Virus record (IMG/VR): IMGVR_UViG_3300036770_001202
Source of the DNA: an uncultured virus (IMG/VR IMGVR_UViG_3300036770_001202)
Lineage: Duplodnaviria; Heunggongvirae; Uroviricota; Caudoviricetes
Reading direction: 5' to 3' (one strand)
DNA: 64,000 nt
In this document: positions 56,895 to 64,000 of the stretch, in pieces
Numbering within the stretch: position 1 is the stretch's first letter
How the letters are laid out: each line of letters begins with the position of its first letter
Notes under the pieces: model-generated
The model's database searches: none
What the model saw: only the letters and a program-made list of their open reading frames with translations
Told to the model about the DNA's origin: nothing
Position numbers and translations under genes: made by a program

Positions 56895-57385
56895 AAATAG
56901 GTTTCCAATGTTCGTCATTTGACATGTTTCATGCTGGACATGTTACGATGTTAAAGCAAGAAAAAGAATTGTGCGACTATTTAAAGGTAGCACTTCAAGT
57001 TGATCCTACCATTGATCGACCTGGTATTAAAAATAAGCCAGTTCAATCGGTATATGAAAGATATGCACAGTTACAGGCTTGCCGTTATGTGGATGAAATT
57101 CTTATCTACGAAACGGAAGATGATTTGCTTCAGTTAATTATGACACAAACAATGCATATTCGTTTTCTAAGCGAAGAATACCTTGGTAGAGATTTCACAG
57201 GAAAGGCATATTGTCTTGACAATGGGATCGAAATATATTATCATAAGAGACAGCACAAGTTTAGTTCATCGGAGATTAGAAACCGTGTTTATGAATTAGA
57301 ACACCAAAAGCGATTCGAAAAGAGTATTGAACAAGACATTGAACAGTATTCTCCTGGTTTGTTAAAAAAATATAGTGAGAGGTAA
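56891..57385 (+). CDS. Cytidylyltransferase (TagD-like HIGH superfamily)
   Basis: [12 protein letters not shown] and SSSEIR. Confidence 0.85.
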   Translation: MKIGFQCSSFDMFHAGHVTMLKQEKELCDYLKVALQVDPTIDRPGIKNKPVQSVYERYAQLQACRYVDEILIYETEDDLLQLIMTQTMHIRFLSEEYLGRDFTGKAYCLDNGIEIYYHKRQHKFSSSEIRNRVYELEHQKRFEKSIEQDIEQYSPGLLKKYSER

Positions 57386-57387
57386 TT

Positions 57388-58458
57388 ATGAGTAATTTCT
57401 TTAGTGATTTAGTGGAGCAATTGAAAGATGAAGATACTAAGATTCTTGCAGAGGGCGGAGCATCCGCTGAGTTTAGCGGCTGCATCGATACTGGTTCGTA
57501 TGCTCTTAATGCTTTGCTTAGTGGTAGCATCTATGGTGGTGTACCTAATAATAAAGTAACCGCATTTGCAGGTGAATCTGCAACAGGCAAGACTTTCTTT
57601 ATGCTTGGTGTCATCAAACAATTTTTGGATGCAAATCCAGAAGGTGGTGTCATTTACTTTGATACTGAAGCGGCAGTTACAAAGTCTATGATGGAAACTC
57701 GCGGTGTTGACACGAAGCGTGTTGTTATCTCTGAACCAGACACAATTCAGAAGTTTCGTCATACCGCACTACAGATTGCGGAAAAGTATGCTGCACAGCC
57801 TGAAGCGAAGCGTAAGCCTATGATGATGGTGCTTGATTCGCTTGGTCAATTGTCTTCTACAAAAGAAATGGAAGATACCGCTGAAGGCAAAGAAACAAAA
57901 GACATGACGAAGGCTGCTATTCTTAAAGCAACTTTCCGTGTTCTCAATTTGAAACTTGCAAAGATTGGTGTTCCTTTGCTTGTAACGAATCACGTTTATG
58001 ACGTTGTTGGTGCATACATTCCGACAAAAGAAATGTCTGGTGGTTCTGGTCTTAAGTATACTGCATCGACAATTGTATTCTTGTCGAAGAAGAAAGACAA
58101 AGATGGTACTGAAGTTGTTGGTAACATTGTCAAAGCAAAACTTGTCAAATCACGTTTGACAAAAGAAAATTCTACAGTTGAAGTAAAGATTACATACAGC
58201 AAAGGTCTCGACCGCTACTATGGTATACTCGACATTGCAGAGAAGTATGGCATCATCAAGAAAGTTTCTACTCGCTATGAACTTCCTGATGGCACTAAAA
58301 TCTTTGGTAAGAACATCAATGAAGAACCTGAGAAGTATTTCACTAAAGAAATTCTAGACCAGATTGACGCGGCATGTAGGAAAGAATTCCTGTATGGTCA
58401 AGACGGTGTTGCCTCAGTTGAAGATGAAGATGAGTTGGTGACTGAAAATGAAGATTAA
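57388..58458 (+). CDS. uvsX: RecA-like recombinase UvsX
   Basis: [22 protein letters not shown] and GGSG. Confidence 0.95.
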   Translation: MSNFFSDLVEQLKDEDTKILAEGGASAEFSGCIDTGSYALNALLSGSIYGGVPNNKVTAFAGESATGKTFFMLGVIKQFLDANPEGGVIYFDTEAAVTKSMMETRGVDTKRVVISEPDTIQKFRHTALQIAEKYAAQPEAKRKPMMMVLDSLGQLSSTKEMEDTAEGKETKDMTKAAILKATFRVLNLKLAKIGVPLLVTNHVYDVVGAYIPTKEMSGGSGLKYTASTIVFLSKKKDKDGTEVVGNIVKAKLVKSRLTKENSTVEVKITYSKGLDRYYGILDIAEKYGIIKKVSTRYELPDGTKIFGKNINEEPEKYFTKEILDQIDAACRKEFLYGQDGVASVEDEDELVTENED

Positions 58459-58789
58459 TCACGATTTTATTATTACCGACACCGATGTTCGTTATAGAAA
58501 TCTAGACGTTGTTGCAACAGTAAAGATTATTGCCGGAGAATTCAAAGATGTTGAATTTCATTTCGGTTCAATTAATATACCAGAAGAAGAAAATTCAGAT
58601 GGCACCTTTACTTTATCATTCGACTATGATATAATTAGTGATCACAAGCACCTCAAAGAAAACGAAACCTTTGAGAATGCCCTTGGTGAAATTTTAAACA
58701 ACATTCTCCTTCATTCTTTAGAAGAAGCGGAGAAAAGGTATAAGAATGAATCTAGAAAAGAAAATACTCAAACATCTGATATTGGATGA
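58448..58789 (+). CDS. Hypothetical protein at the gp40 position
   Basis: Acidic 113-aa ORF between uvsX and gp41, as in T4 synteny. Confidence 0.55.
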   Translation: MKINHDFIITDTDVRYRNLDVVATVKIIAGEFKDVEFHFGSINIPEEENSDGTFTLSFDYDIISDHKHLKENETFENALGEILNNILLHSLEEAEKRYKNESRKENTQTSDIG

Positions 58790-60146
58790 TGAATATACTC
58801 GAAAAGTATTGCCGTTCATCAAGACGGAATACTTTTCTAATTCGTCAGAAAAACTTCTATTCGAACAAGTCTCTGCATATGTGATGAAATACAATTCAAT
58901 GCCAACGAAAGAAGCGTTGGTTATTGAAGTTGATAAAAAGATCAATCTCACAGACGAACAACATAAGAAGACGATTGAACTTCTTCAGGAAGTTACTCAA
59001 GTAAGTGACGTTACAGACAGCAATTGGCTTATTGATGCTACAGAGGGCTTTTGTCAAGAGAAAGCAATCTACAATGGCATCATGCAGTCGATTCAAATTT
59101 TGGATAATAAAGATGGTAAACAGACGTTGGACAAGGGTGCGATCCCGGCGATCCTTGCGGACGCTCTCTCGGTTTCTTTTGATCATCATGTTGGTCATGA
59201 CTTTATCGATGACGCTGAAAATCGTTTCGATTTTTATCACCGAGTCGAAAAGCGAATTCCGTTCGACCTCGACTACCTTAATCGTATAACGAAGAATGGG
59301 TTGCCCCCTAAATCTTTGAACATCGTGCTTGCAGGCACTGGTGTTGGTAAGTCTTTGTTCATGTGTCATTGTGCAGCAGCAAATCTTAACATTGGTAAAA
59401 ATGTGTTGTATATTACACTTGAAATGGCTGAAGAGAGAATCGCAGAACGTATTGATGCAAACTTAATGAACGTTGAAGTTGATAAACTTATTGCACTACC
59501 AAAAGAATCTTTCATGACTAAGGTTGATCGTATTCGTGAAAAGACTGCTGGTAAGTTGATTATCAAAGAATATCCAACTGCAAGTGCTAACGTTTCACAC
59601 TTTAAGCATTTGTTGAATGAACTCAAACTCAAGCGTCAATTCGTTCCTGATATCATCTATATCGACTATTTGAATATCTGCGCCAGCGCACGAATGAAGA
59701 TGGGTGCTTCAGTAAACTCCTACACTTATATCAAAGCGATTGCAGAAGAACTCCGTGGTCTTGCTGTAGAATACAATCTACCAATCGTATCTGCAACACA
59801 GACAACTCGCGGTGGATATCAAAACACCGATGTGGAACTTACAGACACTTCAGAATCATTTGGTCTGCCGGCGACAGCAGACTTGATGTTTGCTTTGATT
59901 AGTACCGAAGAACTTGAAGACTTGAATCAGATTATGGTTAAGCAGTTGAAGAATCGTTATAACGATCCAACAACAAACAAGCGTTTTGTAATTGGTGTTG
60001 ATCGTGCGAAGATGAGACTTTATGATGTAGAACAATCCGCACAGACTGATATCATTGATAGCGGTCAAGATGACGGTCCAGCATTTGACAAAACAGATTT
60101 TGGACGTAGAGATAAACAACGTAACTTTGAGGGGTTTAAAGTATGA
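58746..60146 (+). CDS. gp41: Replicative DnaB-like helicase gp41
   Basis: AGTGVGKS, LEMAEE, IDYLNI, SESFGLPATAD and KQLKNRY. Confidence 0.96.
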   Translation: MNLEKKILKHLILDDEYTRKVLPFIKTEYFSNSSEKLLFEQVSAYVMKYNSMPTKEALVIEVDKKINLTDEQHKKTIELLQEVTQVSDVTDSNWLIDATEGFCQEKAIYNGIMQSIQILDNKDGKQTLDKGAIPAILADALSVSFDHHVGHDFIDDAENRFDFYHRVEKRIPFDLDYLNRITKNGLPPKSLNIVLAGTGVGKSLFMCHCAAANLNIGKNVLYITLEMAEERIAERIDANLMNVEVDKLIALPKESFMTKVDRIREKTAGKLIIKEYPTASANVSHFKHLLNELKLKRQFVPDIIYIDYLNICASARMKMGASVNSYTYIKAIAEELRGLAVEYNLPIVSATQTTRGGYQNTDVELTDTSESFGLPATADLMFALISTEELEDLNQIMVKQLKNRYNDPTTNKRFVIGVDRAKMRLYDVEQSAQTDIIDSGQDDGPAFDKTDFGRRDKQRNFEGFKV

Positions 60147-60385
60147 GAACTATTCCTGAAATTGTAGAAGAAATGAAGCAACTAATCGCAGAACTGGAAT
60201 CACACACTGGTCTTCCTGCAAAGAAAACTGATCCGTATACACAGGTTTCCGATGACACTATCAAGTTTACTTTTGATAACATGAATACCGGTGATTATAC
60301 GTTTTCACATTATGAAAATATGGGTGATATCACCTTAGGGTCGGTAGGTTCAGATACCATAACGCTAGGACCCATTAAAAACTAA
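60143..60385 (+). CDS. Hypothetical protein
   Basis: ATGA overlap with gp41. Confidence 0.6.
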   Translation: MRTIPEIVEEMKQLIAELESHTGLPAKKTDPYTQVSDDTIKFTFDNMNTGDYTFSHYENMGDITLGSVGSDTITLGPIKN

Positions 60386-60410
60386 ATACCGAGAGTGTTG
60401 GGTAAAAAAC

Positions 60411-60430
60411 TACTGTATGGGTATACAGTA
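60411..60430. promoter_or_regulatory. LexA (SOS) box
   Basis: TACTGTATGGGTATACAGTA is CTGT-N8-ACAG with consensus TA flanks; it directly abuts the -35. Confidence 0.8.
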
Positions 60431-60459
60431 TTGACAAACCCTTATAAATGATGTATCAT
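60431..60459 (+). promoter_or_regulatory. Sigma70-like promoter
   Basis: TTGACA-17bp-TATCAT. Confidence 0.8.
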
Positions 60460-60481
60460 ATTGCTTGAAATAGAGGTTTAT

Positions 60482-60973
60482 ATGAAGATCACTTTAAGGA
60501 CTAAAAACGGTGCTGTTCTTACCACCTTTGAACGAAAGTTGGTAAAGTTGGCTGCTATGTTTTACGCCAATAAATTGATGACTCCTAGAATGGTAAACTC
60601 TTTGGGGCTTGTGATAAACGTTCACAAAGATTACCATACTAAAACCGGATATCTAGGTGACGTAGTTCCTACGGACGATGATGTAACTTCCCGACCAAAG
60701 GAATTTGAAATCAATCTAGATTTACCAAAGAGGTTCAAAAGACTTCTTATTTCGCTTGGGCATGAAATGGTTCACGTTAAGCAGTATGCAAAGGGTGAAT
60801 TGAAATTTCATGAAAGAGGAAACGTAGTTACTTTTCAGAAACAACAATACACGGATGATGAATATTGGGAATCTCCTTGGGAGATTGAAGCATATGGACG
60901 AGAACCTGGACTCTGGCAAAAATTCAAACCAACCTACCGACTCCTTCTGGCAGAAAATCGAAACAAAGGTTGA
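60482..60973 (+). CDS. HExxH zinc metallopeptidase-like protein
   Basis: LGHEMVHVKQY...PWEIEAY; SD gagg before ATG 60482. Confidence 0.8.
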   Translation: MKITLRTKNGAVLTTFERKLVKLAAMFYANKLMTPRMVNSLGLVINVHKDYHTKTGYLGDVVPTDDDVTSRPKEFEINLDLPKRFKRLLISLGHEMVHVKQYAKGELKFHERGNVVTFQKQQYTDDEYWESPWEIEAYGREPGLWQKFKPTYRLLLAENRNKG

Positions 60974-61247
60974 ACAGATACAATCTGTTACCGTAAAAAG
61001 TTTCGGTGAAGTCTGCGGCTGGATAGGTCTGGTGTTGATTCACGGATCAACTGTACCAGTCACACTTTCTGCACTAGCAGGACAAGCAGTATTACTGCCT
61101 CCTATTAGTATGGTTTTGTTGATTTGGTCAGGACTATTACTGTTTTTCATTCGATCTGCAATTCAAAAAGATCGATTGTATATGGTAAGTAATGGTGTTG
61201 GTTTCTTCCTGCAAAGTGTGGTTCTTGCGCTACTAGTTTTTAAATGA
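60894..61247 (+). CDS. Small 3-TM membrane protein (PQ-loop/SemiSWEET-like topology); start uncertain
   Basis: Three hydrophobic helices; GWIGLVL....VP and LY..SN..G. Confidence 0.55.
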   Translation: MDENLDSGKNSNQPTDSFWQKIETKVEQIQSVTVKSFGEVCGWIGLVLIHGSTVPVTLSALAGQAVLLPPISMVLLIWSGLLLFFIRSAIQKDRLYMVSNGVGFFLQSVVLALLVFK

Positions 61248-61375
61248 AACGGTGCTGCAACTTTGATTGTAGACAAGGGCGTGACTGCCCTAATAGAAAG
61301 GCGTATGATGTAAATCCTATGTGGATTGCAATTGCCTTTGTGATTGTTGCGATTATATCATTTATTTCATTATGA
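61244..61375 (+). CDS. 43-aa Cys-rich, C-terminally membrane-anchored microprotein
   Basis: MKRCCNFDCRQGRDCPNRK plus a TM segment; ATGA overlaps at both ends. Confidence 0.6.
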   Translation: MKRCCNFDCRQGRDCPNRKAYDVNPMWIAIAFVIVAIISFISL

Positions 61376-61752
61376 TGATCATTCATACACATTTTAAAAA
61401 ACCCAAGCAAAAGAAAAAGCCAGGATGGCAAAAAGCACAAGCCGAATATGATGCATGGCTGCGGTCTGTCGGCGTAAATCCAAATCAGAAAAAAGTGAAG
61501 CGAGAGTTTATACCTTATGTACCGGAACCAGCAAAGCCGAATTACAGAGAGACAAAACACATACCAAGCCTTTCGGAAAAGGATGCAGTATCTAAACTAC
61601 AAAGCATTCGTGGACAAAGCCAGACTCCAAAACAAGAGCCCAAAGTCTACACCGGAACTCGACTCATCGGCATTGGTATGTTGCATAAGTCAAATCTAGT
61701 ACCAATCTTTAGCAAAGAAGAAGCCGAAGATCAAGCAAAGATGCGAAGATAA
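61372..61752 (+). CDS. Conserved basic hypothetical protein
   Basis: KVYTGT.LIGIG.LHKSN.VPIF......AKMRR; true start probably ATG 61372. Confidence 0.75.
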   Translation: MMIIHTHFKKPKQKKKPGWQKAQAEYDAWLRSVGVNPNQKKVKREFIPYVPEPAKPNYRETKHIPSLSEKDAVSKLQSIRGQSQTPKQEPKVYTGTRLIGIGMLHKSNLVPIFSKEEAEDQAKMRR

Positions 61753-61767
61753 GTGGTAACAAATTAT

Positions 61768-61775
61768 TATAAATA
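61768..61775 (+). promoter_or_regulatory. T4-type late promoter
   Basis: TATAAATA. Confidence 0.85.
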
Positions 61776-61802
61776 AGCCTGTAATCAAATACAGGCTTTT
61801 TT
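61775..61802 (+). terminator. Rho-independent terminator overlapping the late transcription start
   Basis: AAGCCTGTA-atcaaa-TACAGGCTT followed by Ts. Confidence 0.75.
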
Positions 61803-61814
61803 GTTTGGAAAACA

Positions 61815-63041
61815 ATGAAATTTAAAGAATATCTTTTAGAGCAGAAAAATACGCACATGGAACATGCTGAGGACGATGTTCTCAATCATGGCGTAGAAGG
61901 AACTCGCAACAGTATTAACGCACTCAGAGCGGTGCGTGATATGCTTGCTGGTCACTCGGAAAAGAAGGTTGACGTAACAGTTAAATGGGACGGCGCGCCA
62001 GCAATTTTCGCAGGACAGGACCCTGGTGACGGAAAGTTTTTCGTTGCTAAAAAGGGTGTGTTCAATAAGAATCCAAAAGTATACAAAACGTTCGCAGAAA
62101 TTGATGATGACACTTCAGGCGACTTAGCAGATAAACTCAAAGCGTGTTTGATGTGGCTGCCAAAGATTGGAATTAAAGGCGTCATTCAAGGCGACTTACT
62201 ATTTACCCAATCCGACTTAAAGACAGCATCAATCGATGGTGAAGAGTATATAACATTTCATCCAAACACAATCGTATATGCAGTTCCCTCAAAAAGTGAA
62301 CTTGCTAGAAGTATCAAATCTGCTAAAATTGGCATTGTATGGCATACGTTTTACGAAGGTGATTCGTTCGAAACAATGTCAGCAGTATTTGGTAAAGACA
62401 TTTTATCCACACTTAAGAAAGACCGAAATGTGTGGATGACAGACGTAGACTATAAGGATGTGTCTGGCAAAGCAACAATGACAAAAGAAGAGACTGAAAA
62501 AGTGACGGCAATTCTATCCGAAGCAGGTAGAATATTTCAGAAATTAGATGCTACAATATTAAATGCAATTAAAGACGATGAAGAACTCTTGATGCGTATT
62601 AAGACATTTAACAATACTAAGATAAGAGCAAGACTACAAATTACAGACGTAAGAAAGCATGTTCAAGAGTTAATCGATTACATACAAGAAGTATATACAA
62701 AAGAAGAAGAAAGTAAGAAGAGCGAAAAGGGTAAATTGTCCGTCACCCTTAAACGCAATCGCATTTTGAGATTTTTCTCTGCGAGAAACAAAACATCACT
62801 TGAAAACATCTTTACCATGATGAACTTGCTTGCTGAAGCAAAGTTGATTCTGATTAAGAAACTAGACGAAGTGAAAAATTTACACACATTCTTGCTTACA
62901 AAGAATGGCTATGAAGTCACGGGTGTCGAGGGCTACGTTGCTATCGACAAATTAAAAGGTAACGCAGTTAAACTGGTAGACAGACTGCAATTCAGTTATG
63001 CGAACTTTTCGCCTGACGTAATCAAAGGATGGCAACGATAA
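61815..63041 (+). CDS. Ligase/nucleotidyltransferase-fold protein (DUF6267-like), probably virion-packaged
   Basis: TVKWDG (KxDG), QGDLL, EGYV and VKLV; N-terminal MKFKEYLLE. Confidence 0.65.
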   Translation: MKFKEYLLEQKNTHMEHAEDDVLNHGVEGTRNSINALRAVRDMLAGHSEKKVDVTVKWDGAPAIFAGQDPGDGKFFVAKKGVFNKNPKVYKTFAEIDDDTSGDLADKLKACLMWLPKIGIKGVIQGDLLFTQSDLKTASIDGEEYITFHPNTIVYAVPSKSELARSIKSAKIGIVWHTFYEGDSFETMSAVFGKDILSTLKKDRNVWMTDVDYKDVSGKATMTKEETEKVTAILSEAGRIFQKLDATILNAIKDDEELLMRIKTFNNTKIRARLQITDVRKHVQELIDYIQEVYTKEEESKKSEKGKLSVTLKRNRILRFFSARNKTSLENIFTMMNLLAEAKLILIKKLDEVKNLHTFLLTKNGYEVTGVEGYVAIDKLKGNAVKLVDRLQFSYANFSPDVIKGWQR

Positions 63042-63790
63042 TGTATTTACGATTCTTAGAAGAAGAAAGACTTGCAATTGCTAGAGGACTTGTTAGAGAC
63101 ACCACATTCATTCACAAGTTTGGTGCGGTTCCAGCAATGTCAACTGGAACTACAGGAACGATATGGGATGTAAATGATACTCTGTATCCTTGGAGTGCAT
63201 TCGATACTGCTGGCATACTAACTGTTCAAACTGTTGCATCCAATGGCACACCAAGTACCGCAGATGATGGAAAAACGATTACTATATTTGGGCTAGACGC
63301 AAATTTCAATGTTCAGTCGGAAACAATTACCATTGCTGCTGGAGTTGGAACAGGAACTTTAAGTTTCAAGAGAGTTTATCGTGCATATACAAGCGGACAG
63401 AATTCAACTATTTTTAAAGTTTCTAGAGGTGGAACTGAAGTTTTAAGAATTAATATTGGAAATGCACAGACACTTATGGCAATTTATACTGTGCCAAATG
63501 ACTACACAGGATATTTAATGAAAGGTGTTGCTTCGGTTCAAGCCGGCGGTGATGCGACCGGAAACATGTTTGTTAGATACGATACTGAACCAGGTCCATT
63601 TCGAGTTGGACATTCATTTGAAGTGTCTGGAACTGGTGGAGAATATGAATATGAATTTAGTGTTCCTTTGCCTTTACCAGAAAAAACTGATATTGATGTT
63701 CGAGGAACCATGAGAACAAATAATGCTAGAATGACTGTTGCCTTTGATATTATTCTCATAAAGAACAACGGTACAGGTGAACGAGCCTAA
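63041..63790 (+). CDS. Hypothetical beta-rich (probably structural) protein
   Basis: TAATG coupling with the upstream gene; IHKFG, F.RVYR, MAIYTVP...TGYL and P.PLPEKTDI. Confidence 0.65.
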   Translation: MYLRFLEEERLAIARGLVRDTTFIHKFGAVPAMSTGTTGTIWDVNDTLYPWSAFDTAGILTVQTVASNGTPSTADDGKTITIFGLDANFNVQSETITIAAGVGTGTLSFKRVYRAYTSGQNSTIFKVSRGGTEVLRINIGNAQTLMAIYTVPNDYTGYLMKGVASVQAGGDATGNMFVRYDTEPGPFRVGHSFEVSGTGGEYEYEFSVPLPLPEKTDIDVRGTMRTNNARMTVAFDIILIKNNGTGERA

Positions 63791-63863
63791 AGCATACCTA
63801 GGAGGTTTCCGGCTGGACACCTTTATGTATAAAAATAAGAATTTCTAGAAAAGAGGAAATCAG

Positions 63864-64000
63864 ATGGCAGCATCAGAAGGCGTAGATTTAGAATGGGCAA
63901 TTGTTGAATATTCGCGCATCAAATTAAACAAACAACGTGCAGTAACCAAAACATATTCCTCTAAGATCAAGCAGCAAGCGGAACAATGTGTCGCACACAT
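63864..64000 (+). CDS. Hypothetical protein, 3'-truncated by the window edge
   Basis: SD gagg; MAASEGVDLEWAIVEY..., open to the end of the window. Confidence 0.55.
   Translation, partial: MAASEGVDLEWAIVEYSRIKLNKQRAVTKTYSSKIKQQAEQCVAH

Noticed and set aside
61321..61371. Cys-rich N-terminus (MDCNCLCDCC) of the tracked 143-aa ORF
   Set aside because: An artefact of upstream extension over the TM-encoding part of the 61244-61375 microgene; ATG 61372 is the better start.
1..64000. tRNA, rRNA, CRISPR arrays, integrase or transposase; alternative genetic code
   Set aside because: No cloverleafs, repeat-spacer arrays or recombinase motifs were seen by eye. Core genes are full-length in the standard code.

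Overview
This 64-kb window is from a large T4-like (myovirus) dsDNA phage, and essentially all real genes are on the + strand. The left half (1-29.5 kb) is the late virion module: baseplate gp7-like and gp8, a 2050-aa VrlC-like protein, fibre and candidate receptor-binding proteins, gp13-gp23 with two gp19 paralogues, and gp3. It is driven by T4-type TATAAATA late promoters. The right half carries the T4 replication/recombination core (uvsY, uvsW, gp55, gp47/46, gp45/44/62, regA, gp43, uvsX, gp41) under sigma70-like promoters. Accessory genes are interspersed: def, a GNAT-like/2OG-Fe(II) oxygenase fusion, a PLP enzyme, dCMP deaminase, an SPPY-type MTase-fold protein, a VWA/MoxR pair, a GT2-like protein, a Tat-signal protein, a PD-(D/E)xK nuclease, Dps, Hsp20, RmlB, a cytidylyltransferase and a ligase-fold protein. 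The most notable observations are: (1) a candidate multi-step DNA hypermodification locus at 36-41 kb; (2) a near-perfect LexA SOS box abutting a phage promoter; (3) a promoter-dependent terminator/antiterminator switch before the portal gene; (4) a structured leader (pseudoknot plus ROSE-like thermometer) on the hsp20 operon; and (5) a perfect-consensus antisense promoter upstream of gp55. The SOS box and IHF site point to a beta/gammaproteobacterial host (inference). All calls come from motif recognition and synteny by eye; no database searches were run.
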